This document shows, piece after piece, positions 50,727-62,906 of a stretch of DNA of 64,000 nucleotides. The stretch spans positions 36,704,001-36,768,000 of the forward strand of contig NW_027266270.1 in NCBI RefSeq assembly GCF_022045235.1. The letters run 5' to 3'. Origin of the DNA: Haliotis cracherodii. Lineage: Eukaryota. The position numbers and the translations under genes were made by a program. The notes beneath the pieces were generated by a model, which was not told where the DNA came from, did not search any database, and was given only the letters and a program-made list of their open reading frames with translations. The first letter of the stretch is position 1. Each line of letters begins with the position of its first letter.

Positions 50727-51082
50727 AAACTTTCCCATTTAAGTATGTACTGAAACCCTGTCAATCTTGAACCCTCCCCTCCAGGACAAACTTTCCCATT
50801 TAAGTATGTACTGAAACCCTGTCAATCTGGAACCCTCCCGTCCAGGACAAACTTTCCCATTTAAATATGTACTGAAACCCTGTCTATCCGGAACCCTCCC
50901 CTCCAGGACAAACTTTCCCATTTAACTATGTACTGAAACCCTGTCAATCTGGAACCCTCCCCTCCAGGACATACTTTCCAATTTAAGTATGTACTGAAAC
51001 CCTGTCAATCTGGAACCCTCCCCTCCAGGACAAACTTTCCCATTTAAGTATGTACTGAAACCCTGTCAATCTGGAACCCTCC
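50727..51082. repeat. 61-bp minisatellite (about 6 copies) immediately after an AATAAA
   Basis: Unit CAAACTTTCCCATTTAAGTATGTACTGAAACCCTGTCAATCTGGAACCCTCCCCTCCAGGA; AATAAA at 50718-50723. Confidence 0.92.
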
Positions 51083-51889
51083 TGGTGTCCTCTGGTGTCC
51101 TTGCTTATTATTGATTCATTTGGAACTATGTTCAAAACACTGATTTCCTTGGGAAGGACTTCATTAACAGGGTTCTGGTGTATTTGTACCAATAGTTATA
51201 TATCGGTTACATTAATCATGATAGTACCCAGATAGTTAGTTATATGGACATTGTGTCTTACACAACCTTGAAGAGTGCTTAGGCAGCTGGCAGTAGGATA
51301 GTTCATCAGTAGCCATTACTTTATATTATTTATCAGTGTCATATATTTGACATATTTCATCATATTTGGATAAACATAATCACAGACTTCTGCAGAATGA
51401 CTTGAGACTCATGAATTTTTTTTGTTTTGTTTCATTCATCACATACATTAATCAAAGAATTTATTTTTTTACCCCTCATTCCCCTTTATTAGTAGTTTGC
51501 ATCCCGCTTCATATAAAAAGCCATTTTGTCATTGTAATTAGGATGTAAAGCATTTTTTGCCTTTGAATACTTTGAATTTGTTTTTTTTATTACAATTTTT
51601 GTCCCTGCTTACACTTTCATTTGTATTTCATCTGACCAAATTCCTTTTAAGAGAAGTTTACAATATCAAGAGTCATTGGTTTTGGTTTCAGTATTTGTCC
51701 TAAGTGTTATTTATGTATTAAGAAAATGTAAAAAATAAATATGCAGACATATTTTCATCTTTTGTTTTGATCACTAGTTGCCCAAGACCTCAACTGAGGT
51801 CCTCGTGGGACCTGTCTGGTCCAGCTGGCTGACACCCACAACTCCAGGTACACAGTTGAGGAGGCAGTTAGCTACAAAGTCCCATTTCA

Positions 51890-52271
51890 ATCCCAGTTAT
51901 GATCCTTGGTGTTTGAATTTTGACTGCAGGTCCTAGACGTTTATGGTGTTTGAATTTTGACTGCAGGTCCTAGACGTTTATGGTGTTTGACTTCTGACTG
52001 CAGGTCCTAGATGTTTATGGTGTTTGACTTCAGACTGCAGGTCCTAGACGTTTATGGTGTTTGATTTTGACTGCAGGTCCTAGACGTTTATGGTGTTTGA
52101 CTTTTGACTGCAGGTCCTTGACGTTTATGGTGTTTGACTTTTGACTGCAGGTCCTTGACGTTTATGGTGTTTGACTTTTGACTGCAGGTCCTTGACGTTT
52201 ATGGTGTTTGACTTTTGACTGCAGGTCCTAGACGTTTATGGTGTTTCCAAACCAAGGATCATAACTGGGAT
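51890..52271. repeat. 37-bp minisatellite (about 9 copies) bracketed by a perfect 21-bp inverted repeat
   Basis: ATCCCAGTTATGATCCTTGGT [GGTGTTTGACTTTTGACTGCAGGTCCTAGACGTTTAT]n ACCAAGGATCATAACTGGGAT. Confidence 0.9.
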
Positions 52272-52505
52272 ATAACTGGTTTTTATAGGGATGTTCAATC
52301 ATTCAATGGGACAGGACAAAGGCCTGGAAGACCTAAAGTAATACCTCAATTTTATGCAAAGGCAAGTATGAAAGCACTGTCAGAAATATGATTAGTATTT
52401 TCGTGGCTATTTTTTTCAAGTTTCAACTTTTTTTTATAGTGACACTCCTACAAACTAAAGGTGACCTTTTGCTGTTGAAATATGTTTAGTGAAAACACAT
52501 CTTGT

Positions 52506-52679
52506 TACTGCAGTAATCTAGACTTGCCAAACATTATAGACTTGCATGGGCTGTAGTTGATATATTTGTATCAGGGTCTGTAAGACAGACTATACTGCAG
52601 TAATCTAGACTTGCCAAACATTATAGACTTGCATGGGCTGTAGTTGATATATTTGTGTCAGGGTCTGTAAGACAGACTA
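52506..52679. repeat. 87-bp direct duplication
   Basis: Two near-identical copies starting TACTGCAGTAATCTAGAC at 52506 and 52593. Confidence 0.9.
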
Positions 52680-52799
52680 TGTCCGTTGTGGAATTAAAAT
52701 TAGATAAAAAATATGTTACTCCTATGAGCCGTGAACTATTCCAAGTTTACAATAAATAGTAATGAAATACTGCGTCTGAATGGCTCTCCAGATATTGAC

Positions 52800-54950
52800 T
52801 AATGAATTCCCATACTAGGAAACCCCTAGCATTGTCAACAATAGCTGGGCGTCGTAGTGGTTTCAACCTTATTTGCAATGAGACTGACAGCTCACAAGCA
52901 AATCTTTCTGCAAAGACCACTAAGGTTCTTCAAACAGTTCGAACTGAACTTGGTGCAACAGCGGCTGCCATAGATAAAGATGGTTTGGAAAACACCACAA
53001 CATGCTAAAAAGGCTTCAGAGAGACTTGAAGACACCATCCTTGGCACCATCCTTGGAGTACAGTATTAGAGAAATACAGGCCTTGACAAGGACAATGTAA
53101 ACAATGCGGGGATCACTCATCAATAATATAGCCAAGATAGAAGAGCTCGACAAACGTATAGCATATGAGAAAACAAAACTTACACAGGCAGACGATGAAT
53201 TCAGTAGATGCAGAAAGATTGCGTAATTTAGAAGACGAAAGATCGACCCGCTTAGACGCAGCTTCCACTAAAATTTCGAATTCGAGAAACTATGAAATAT
53301 TGTTCAGAGAACGAGATAACCATTACCAGTATTTTAACCGCATTTGGATTTATTATCTCAACTTTGGTTCTCGCTTTAACTGGTGGTTGTGGACACACGC
53401 CTACGCCTCCTAGCGGTGGTGGATAGCGTAAAAGAGTGGATGAAAAGCATTTTAAGGAGAAGCTGTTGGAAAGCTTGTGCGGAAAGCTGCATCTGCACTT
53501 CCTGGTATAATGGAAGTATTGTTGTATCCTGGCTCTTGGAACTTGGCTTAATCAAAACTTATAAGCAATGATTGTAGCAACTCTCCCGGGCTGTTGTATG
53601 TGAGTGAGTGAGTATGGTTTTACGCCGCTTTTAGCAATATTCCAGCAATATCACGGCGGGGGACACCAGAAATGGGCTTCACACATTGTACCCATGTCGG
53701 GAATCGAACCCGGGTGTTCGGCGTGACGAGCGAACGCTTTAACCACTAGGCTACCCGACCGCCCCTCTGTAATTACTAAAGATATAAGGGAATCGAAATT
53801 GAAACTTGATACCTGAGACATCAACCACAATTATTGAAGTTATAACTTAGTTGTTTTGGTTTTTTATTTAATTTGTATGTAACACTCCAGGGAATAACAC
53901 ATGAAGTCTTTTTAACTCCTTCATTCTATTGATAACTCAATGGGGCAACTTGAAGTTGCTATCTGCGATATGACATATTACCCCCAGTGGACCAGTGTGA
54001 ATGCTGTTCGAATAAACAATTTATTCTTAATAATCTATATAAACAGCAACCTATACCTGATGGATATTATAGGATATGTTCACTCAATACTGAAATTCTT
54101 AAGCCTTATGGTTCTAGTATCACACTTAAGGAGTCAAACGGAACACTGACTTTAAACAGCGGAAAAAATAGTATAAAACTTTGCAGGAAAAGTAGTGGGA
54201 CCCAGCGCAAAGAGAGTGGAGATAGATTACTCAGTTTAGTTCCCTATCAAGAGTTGTGCAACCATGTTGACCAGATTAGTACAACAGATAATATCCAACA
54301 AAAAAGTCCTTCAACTCAACTGAGGGCTCTTCCAGTCAAAGATGTATTGACTCATCGGCATTGTCAATTCGCCAATTAAAGAAGCTTGAATAACAGATTA
54401 TCATATATTATGGACGAAGTATCTGAAAAGATGGATACTGCTGATGGATTTCGATTACAACAAATAAGTGAAATTAAACAGCTACTGGAGAAGGAGCGTG
54501 ATTCTCGAACTGAGTTGGATAATAAGTATCAAAGGGCTGTGAATGCTCTTGATGGAGTTGACACTGCACTTTAAGTAACTAGCATGGGTCTTGGTGTAGT
54601 CGATGTTGCGCCTATCGTACTTGGTATGGAAGTAGCGGCGGAATTCTATGGACTTGCAGGAATAGCTCTTAAATTTATTTATCGCCGGATGCGAAAGAAA
54701 GCTTTAAAACATGATAGTATTCGTGAGCTGGTAGAAGGAAAGTTAAATAAGATCACATCTCAACAGAACTAGTTGATGGTAACATATCACTGGAAGAGTT
54801 TCTTTTTGTGTTGTCAGAACTCAAATACAACGCAATGAAGCAAGAGATTCAATCAAATTCCCGTAAGACTAGTGGCATTAGTGAAGATGAGAAAAACAAG
54901 TTCACAGAGCAAGCACATCAAGCTTTCTGTGCCAAAACCATACGTTAAGA
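52800..54950 (+). pseudogene. Decayed Polinton/Maverick (adintovirus-like) endogenous fragment with remnants of about three genes
   Basis: Frameshifted, stop-containing, intronless remnants, all on the plus strand. (i) A coiled-coil plus TM protein: REIQAL..RGSLINNIAKIEELDKRIAYEKTKL, RLRNLEDERSTRLDAAS, LFRE..ITITSILTAFGFIISTLVLALTGG, KAASALPGI..SWLL. (ii) A minor-capsid-like protein: EVAICDMTYYPQW, IPDGYY, LRALPV. (iii) FRLQQISEI..LEKERDSR..KYQRAVN..DGVDTAL..KALKHDSIR..KLN..DGNISLEEF. Family assignment is from recalled motif similarity, not a database search. Confidence 0.6.
53600..53765 (-). mobile_element. tRNA-derived SINE (family A), near-consensus, inserted in the virus-like fragment
   Basis: Reverse complement of the family A consensus with intact A/B boxes. 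Confidence 0.9.
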
Positions 54951-57174
54951 ATACACTATTTCCTCTTTATAGGGTAGCATCTTGATACATGACGATCATG
55001 AGATCGTCACCACATAAGTAATAGAACTTAAGACTCCCAAGTAAGCATTCCCAGGGCCTGGGTCTGGACCAGGTGGGGTGGTCCAGTACCCCCGTCATCT
55101 ATACTATTCTATTACATCAACGTGTTTAACCGGTAATATTGGTATTGCCTTCGTTGTAACCGAGCTGCATCTGGTTATCTTCCTTTCCCCATAGCACAAA
55201 CGGAGCACCAGTCCCAAACCCGAATTCATGAAGAAATGCTATATATGACATTATTATTAATATATTAAGGAGCTTAGTTCCTAGGAATGTATTAGACATG
55301 AATCATATCTCAACCCTCTGACTCCAAACATAATGCCGATCAATCCGTCTACGGGATAACTATGTCAGAAATTCAACCCTAGTTATTTCCGCGCGACAAC
55401 ATTAAGCTATTCCTTTCAGTCGTTCCCGTCCAAAGAGCTGCAGCAGTAAAGCCACAAGCATGACAATGGAAGTTTGCTATGAACTGTTTTGTCCTTTCAG
55501 TGCAGATGTATGGAGAGAAACGTCCAGTCATAATATGTATACATCTTCTAGTGGCACTGAAAGAAATGTAGTACCTCTAACGACTAACGGTGCTTTGCTT
55601 GTTCGACAAGCTTACATGGAATATGATCGTCTAAATATGTGTGTAATCGTTATCGAATTTATTTGAATCGCTTAGCGCAAAGTGGCAGATTTATTGTGAA
55701 AGGAGGCGGTTGTTGAATATGGACGAGCTAGTATGCAACACACCATACATACTCTACAAACGATAACTCACCGAGAATAGGCCCCAAGCCCACTTCTGTT
55801 CATGAGAAGCGACGATACGAATCGGATGATTAGGCCAGGCGGCTTGGTTAATCCCATGTCATTGAATCCCGACGACGTGAGTGAGTGAGTGAGTGAGCTT
55901 AATGTGGGAGGAAAGCCCGATGTGATGCATGTCTCAGACGTTTACCACTTCGGTGAAACCCACAAGCACGGGTATGGTGCTGACAAACTTAGAAACATTA
56001 TCGGGGCGAACCGGGATTCGAACCGACAATCATAGGTTTCTGGCGTGCCCAAGGGACGCAACTCTGCATAGCGAATGGGACATGCTAATGATATCAAACA
56101 CTGTTTATTTCTGGAGCAGTCTCGTATCAACAGGTCACAGTCTTAATACATAATCCCCTTGGCAGAAACAAGATGAATAACGGCTGGGAAAATAAACCAT
56201 GACCATTGAAAAAGTTGGCAGTAATACACAAGTGAGGGAAGAAACAATGTCCCAACAGCGTTATCCTAATCAATTAAACAACAATGACTATGAAGGATAT
56301 TATAATAAATTAGGTCTGTTTAGATTACTGTTTAATGACATTATATTTCATATATCCCCTATATCTATTCGTCTTCAAATATTTTGATATTGTATTCCTC
56401 AATATCGAAAGGTTAACTCCCTGTCGGCTCCAACGTAGCAAGATGTCGCCGAGCCGAACACAGACAACAGAAGCTACTGTGTTCTTCAGCCGGTAGTGTA
56501 ACGTAAATCCCCTGAAACAAACAGATCGGGTAGAGTTATGTTTTTTCGTCTGCATTTATAGGGGCAGAGTTTTTCTTCTTTAAAGAGAGCTGAAATTTTG
56601 TTTTAGGTCACATTTCAAATTCAACATATGCAAAGCATGTTACAATGTTCTCATTGACTATGGGACTCACAACAGACTAATCAGCGGCCATACTCGTTAC
56701 TGAATGTGATTCAAAAAGACTTTTAATGTCAACGTGACATTGAATCCTACATGAAGTTCATGAAATGCTGTCTTAAGTAAAATTAAATATGTTTCTATAA
56801 CCCTGCCAATTTTGACTTGTTTCTGTTGAGAACTTTCATATTTATTGCATGTATCTAATACCACTTCAAATTCGCGTTTCGTTTTGAATTGAGTGTACTT
56901 TCCACTCGGGTAAATTACTCATATTACTTTTAGTTATAATGTGTTTATGATAATTATTTGGTTGCTTAAAGTTATGTCACAGCATATGTAACATACATAC
57001 AAATACAAGCTACTATATTCCTACAATATTGGGAATTCAGGTAATGGATAAACTACTCAATCTAATACTTAAATACTAACCTTGGAATATGAGCCAAATA
57101 TCCAAAGATGATAGCCATGACATTCACAATACAGAATAAAGATACGTGTGTAGACTTCAAAGAATATAGAGCGC

Positions 57175-57372
57175 GACTATGCTTGCCGTAAGAAACGACT
57201 AACGGGATCGGGTGGTCAGGCTCGCTGACTTGGTTGATGCATGTCATCGTATCCCAATAGTGTGGATCGACGCTCATGATGTCAACCACTGGATTGTGTG
57301 GTCCAGACTCGATTATTTACAGACCGCCGTCATATAGCTGGAATATTGCTGAACAAACAAACAAACAAACCA
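57175..57372 (+). mobile_element. GACCCGTGAAG-family retroposon, 5'-truncated
   Basis: GACTATGCTTGCCGTAAG..CGACTAACGGGATCGGGTGGTCAGG...(AAAC)n. Confidence 0.85.
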
Positions 57373-58154
57373 AAGCATATAGTGGAGAGACCACACCATC
57401 TGAGGGCTCCAGAATAAAGCTGAGCTGAATGCCAAAGCTGGTCAGAAAGACAAAGCGTCTGGAGTAGGGAGGGACAGGGCTTGGGCTATTGTGTTAGTGC
57501 ACAAACTATGATGTATGTTGAGTCAGTCTGACCAATGATATACATAAGGTGACTAAAACTGTGACTGAGAAAGCATTTATTTACTTACATGACTTAAATA
57601 GCTCAGACACTTGTATCTATTGAACTTAACATCTGATACTAACGCACATATTTCAAAGTCTCCTTAGTTATCATAAATGAAGATATTTGTACGTGTTTAA
57701 GATAGTATTCAACAAGTGTCATCGGTGACTGGCTACTGGGAATATCTCGTTAAGTGAGTGAGTGCATCGTGTTTAACGCCGCAGTCAGCAACATCACAGG
57801 TATATCAGGGCGAAGTGTAACATATCGGGCCTGGGCCGGACAAACCAGTGATTGATATTCTGATGAACGTCTCACGCCGTCGGGGAACGTTGGCACAATC
57901 ATCAGACCCGCTTTAAAAAGTCGTATCTTACCACAAGCTGCCTAGCGCTGGGGCCTACCCCGGGACACACTGCTGCCATCTCGTCAGACTTCACCCCTGT
58001 AACTAGTCACTCGAGGACCTAACACAGATTCAATATCACGTTTTATTATAAATTTACGTCCTCGTTCAATATTCTTTTCCCGGGTCCATAAAAAACGGGT
58101 ATTGACCTCCTGAAAAGTCTACAGCACTGTTGTAGAATGTCTCGTATGTAGTGT

Positions 58155-58419
58155 GTGTTTGTTTATTTGTTGTTTAACAACGCGCTCAGCAATATTCCAG
58201 CAATGACGGCGTTCTGAAAATAATCGAGTCTGGACCAGACAATCCGATGATTGATATCGTGAGCATCGATCTACATAATTGGGATATGATGACATGCATC
58301 AACCAAGTCAGTGAGCCTGACCACCCGATCCCGTTAGTCGCCTTTTACGACAAGCATAGTCACCTTTTACGGCAAGCATGGGTTGCTGAAGACCTATTCT
58401 ACCCCGGATCTTCTCGGGT
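58155..58419 (-). mobile_element. GACCCGTGAAG-family retroposon, full length
   Basis: Reverse complement match to the 46583 copy, including a duplicated hairpin module. Confidence 0.85.
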
Positions 58420-59097
58420 ACGGGCATCACATGTAGTGACATTCATCAGTAGAGACAATTTGGTCTGAGTGGAAACCACCCGGATGAATAAATAATGACC
58501 ATGACTGGCCATAAAAATACAGCATGCATGTCCGCGGACTACTACTGAATACGGGTGACTTATTCCTGGTTGAATATTGATTGAACGAGAAACTCCTCAC
58601 AATGTTTGATATATGTGTGTTTCACGTGGTAATCACCATGCTGTATTCACACATGGAACACCATTAAAAGGAGGACGTTAACCCCAGTTTACTTCTTACA
58701 ATGTTTCCATAAGAGCAGCCGATTATTCAGCAATACGCATAGTCCGCGGGAGGTTTATGTGTATTTCGTGGTCATAACCACGACCACGCCAACTCCTCGT
58801 GTCCCCTTTACGCTGAGATGCAGCATGATGAATACATGCATTGATACCACTGTATAACACTGGGGCCAGGTATATGCTTACACAAGTTGAGCGACAGTTT
58901 CATGTCCCACCTACTAATGGTAGGAGTGTATTTCTAGTGAGAAGCGAGCCGGAGGTTTTGAGAATATCGACAGAGCCTTTAGAACATACATGTATACGTA
59001 AAAACAAGACTGATTTGTGGATCAGACTACATTCATAAAAGAATATGTTCCTGTTAGCACGACGAGCTTTGTGTGTGATCTTGGCTTTATCAGGTAG

Positions 59098-59325
59098 GTT
59101 TGTTTGTTTCTTTATGTGTTTGTTGTTTAACACCGCACACAGCAATATTACAGCTGTATAACGGCGGCCTGTAAATAATCGAACAATCCAGTTGACATCA
59201 TGAGCATCGATCCTCGCAATTAAGAAACGATGACATGCATCAACCAAGACAGCGAGCCTGACCACACGATCCCGTTATTCGCCTCTTGCGACCGGCATGG
59301 GTTAGTAAAGACCTATTCTTCACGG
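59098..59325 (-). mobile_element. GACCCGTGAAG-family retroposon, diverged
   Basis: Same body and tail with internal deletions. Confidence 0.75.
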
Positions 59326-59649
59326 AGGTAAGAGTGAGCGAGTGAATTGATTGTCATGCAGTTTTGAATGTTTGTTATAGCTGTCGGCAGATTATGTTAA
59401 CAATGTTGGTGAAATTTAATGTGCATTTGGCACTGACCAAGACCGGGAGAATCTGCAGTTCGAAAGAGAGTGTGTGTCCTCCCTGTTGTAACCATCCCCT
59501 TTATTCTTAGTCCCTTTTTACAAATAGTTTCCTGTTGTATTTAGTACACTGATGATGTTTATCAGAATAAACGTCAGTTAAACTATGTGAGTAACAGGAT
59601 TCACAGATTTTCAAGGATGCTAAAGGACGGGGAGTACAGTGCTACATAA

Positions 59650-59905
59650 ATGTAGTGAGGTGAACTGGGGGTTAACGTCGCGTCCAAGAATACTGCACTT
59701 ATATAGTGAAGTGCTTGCACATGTGTGGCTGCTTGTTCTAGTCCAGAATAATGCCGATTTAATAGTGCTAGCACACTGAGATATCATGTCGCAGTTTAAC
59801 ATGAATACCCCACTCAGATACAGTATACTGACTCCGAACGGACCTGTCCTTGTTTTAGCCCCATAATGCCGAGCGTCATGGCAGGGTAACAAGTACCATA
59901 AATGT
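59650..59905 (-). mobile_element. SINE family B, 5'-truncated
   Basis: Reverse complement match to 47478-47720. Confidence 0.8.
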
Positions 59906-59964
59906 ATCATAATGAGTATCGACATGTCGTCCGTCACACCTGTGGCGATTCCAAGTAAGGACAG

Positions 59965-60160
59965 GCACTATGCTTGTCGTAAATGGCGACTGCAGGGATC
60001 AGTGGTCAGGGGAGGCGACATGCTTGATTTACATGTCATCGTATCCCAATTATGTGGATCGATGCTCATGATATCAATAATTGGATCGTCGGATCATGAC
60101 TCAATTATTTACAGACCGCTACCATATAGCTGGAATATTGCTGAGTGCGGCGTTAAAAAA
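59965..60160 (+). mobile_element. GACCCGTGAAG-family retroposon, 5'-truncated and diverged
   Basis: CTATGCTTGTCGTAAATGGCGACT...GCTGGAATATTGCTGAGTGCGGCGTTAAA. Confidence 0.78.
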
Positions 60161-60543
60161 ACCCCACCCCACACCATGTCATCACTTTGATGGAGATTAC
60201 ATATTAACATTTATTTAGACAACATGGCGTTGATGTCTTTCGTCTCAGTAGGTATTATTGTTACAGCGTCTCATCAGTCATGGCATTGCTAACACGGGGA
60301 TATGCCGTCTGCGACTGTCATATGCTTTACAGCTGAATACGACGTGAACTTTGTCCTCTTAACACACAACATTGACCACACCAAACTTCCACATCATCTG
60401 CAGAGTACACACCTCTGATGATTTTCTGAAAACCAAATGAATTAAAACCACTTCGAAGTTTAACAATAATCTTTTTATAGTTTAAAAAATAATAATGTGT
60501 TTACTTTGACTAATAAACATTTGAAGGATATATAACGCTTAAG

Positions 60544-60719
60544 GGGGCGGTCGGGTAGCCTAGTGGTTAAAGCGTTCGCTCGTCACGCCGGACCCGGGTT
60601 CGATTCCCGACATGGGTACAATGTGTGAAGCCCATTTCTGGTGTCCCCCGCCGTGATATTGCTGGAATATTGCTAAAAGCGGCGTAAAACTATACTCACT
60701 CGCTCACTCACTCACTCAC
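60544..60719 (+). mobile_element. Young tRNA-derived SINE (family A) with 13-bp TSD
   Basis: TSD TATAACGCTTAAG at 60531-60543 and 60720-60732; intact A/B boxes. Confidence 0.93.
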
Positions 60720-61179
60720 TATAACGCTTAAGAGATTTGCTTTTTGTTACTGATGAATGCCATCTCCTGACGGGAACATTTTTCGACTTAAAGAACATTA
60801 TCTCCTACCCCCGCTACGTGCCTTGTCTCACGTGTGTTCGTCATCTTCCCCATTCCCCATACACTGCTGCAGGATTTAGACTTTTCAGAAGAAGTTAGAA
60901 TAAAAGTCACAAACGTTTGTGCGCTCAGCAATTAAGATAAATGTCGGATATCTTGTACATCGAGGAACTCGCCTGATATACCGACATACAAGAGGCCTTC
61001 AAATCAGTTCACATAACAATTTTGTACTGTCATCGGATGATATTTCATTGAGTGTTTAAGAGTGTGTATTTATTAGACCTGTCTTAACCATCTTTTAAAA
61101 GTTCGTGTTGCGCCATCTCCACTGTGATAGTGGTTACAGAACGCATAGGCCTGCTTCCCCGCACAGGTGCCCGTGTGTG

Positions 61180-62270
61180 TATCTATCTGTAAATACCCAT
61201 ATCTGTGAATACCCATCTCTGTAAATACCCATATCTGTGAATACCCATCTGTGTAAATACCCATCTCTGTAAATACACATCCCTGTCGATACCCATATCT
61301 GTTAATACCCATCTCTGTAAATACCCATCTCTGTGAATACCCATCTCTGTAAATACACATCCCTGTCGATACCCATATCTGTGAATATCCATCTCTGTAA
61401 ATACACATCTCTGTAAATACCCATATCTGTGAATACCCATCTCTGTAAATACCCATATCTGTGAATACCCATCTCTGTAAATACCCATATCTGTGAATAC
61501 CCATCTCTGTAAATACACATCCCTGTAAATACCCATATCTGTGAATATCCATCTCTGTAAATACCCATCTCTGTAAATACCCATATCTGTGAATACCCAT
61601 CTCTGTAAATACACATCCCTGTCGATACCCATATCTGTGAATACCCATCTCTGTAAATACCCATCTCTGTAAATACCCATATCTGTGAATACCAATCTCT
61701 GTAAATACACATCCCTGTCGATACCCATATCTGTGAATACCCATCTCTGTAAATACCCATCTCTGTAAATACCCATATCTGTGAATACCCATCTCTGTAA
61801 ATACACATCCCTGTCGATACCCATATCTGTGAATACCCATCTCTGTAAATACCCATCTCTGTAAATACCCATATCTGTGAATACCCATCTCTGTAAATAC
61901 ACATCCCTGTCGATACCCATATCTGTGAATACCCATCTCTGTAAATACACATCCCTGTCGATACCCATATCTGTGAATATCCATCTCTGTAAATACCCAT
62001 CTCTGTAAATACCCATATCTGTGAATACCCATCTCTGTAAATACACATCCCTGTCGATACCCATATCTGTGAATACCCATCTCTGTAAATACACATCCCT
62101 GTCGATACCCATATCTGTGAATACCCATCTCTGTAAATACACACCCCTGTCGATACCCATATCTGTGAATACCCATCTCTCTGAATAAGCTTCCCTTTGA
62201 ATACCCATTTCTGTGAATACCCATCTCTGTGAATAAGCTTCCCTTTGAATACCCATTTCTCTGAATACTC
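61180..62270. repeat. 16-bp-based minisatellite with higher-order (48/64-bp) structure
   Basis: Variants AATACCCATCTCTGTA / AATACCCATATCTGTG / AATACACATCCCTGTC alternate regularly; explains three long minus-strand ORFs. Confidence 0.93.
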
Positions 62271-62906
62271 ACCTATCTGTGCAGGATGAAACACGTCAGG
62301 GTTTTTAATGAGTTTTAAAACCCGAATCCAAGGGATAAAACAGAGTGGCGCCAGTGCCGAGGTTGAGGGGTTTAAATCTCATAAAAATCCGAGGGTAAGT
62401 GTTTTATCTAACTTATAAACGGAAGAAAAAGAAACTTAAAACATCCTTTATCAACATATTTCTGTTTCAAACATACTTTCCATGAACCTAAAGAAACAGG
62501 CGTAAAATATCTTGCTGGCGTGTGCGTAACTGAAAATTTTAGAGCTTTTCTTAAAAGCATTGTGAGTTATGAGCGCGTCTGTAGCCGAGTGGTACACTCA
62601 CTGGGATACAGATACAAAGGTTGCATGTCCGACCCACGGGAATTTATAGAAAACATTTGTCATCTGGTTTTATATTTCATTACAATGTGTATAAACGGTT
62701 GTATTGATAAAATCCCCGGGATATTATAACATTCCTGTTTATGAGATTTAACCTCCTTGGAGAACAATAGGATGACGTCACTTGAGGTTCATGAATATGA
62801 ATAACTATTTTTTACGTTCCCTTGGAACACCCGTGTATTGTATACTTCTTTGTACACATCCTGATATAAAATCTATGTCCTGTTACCAGGCACGCAATAA
62901 CACCCT

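Noticed and set aside
56415-56500. CpG-containing GCAAGATGTCGCCG segment as the first exon of a downstream plus-strand gene
   Set aside because: Only a 17-codon ORF, weak donor candidates and no homology; cannot be supported without transcripts.
61073-62294. Three long minus-strand ORFs (330-399 aa)
   Set aside because: By-product of a stop-free 16-bp repeat; open in all three frames and no domain similarity.
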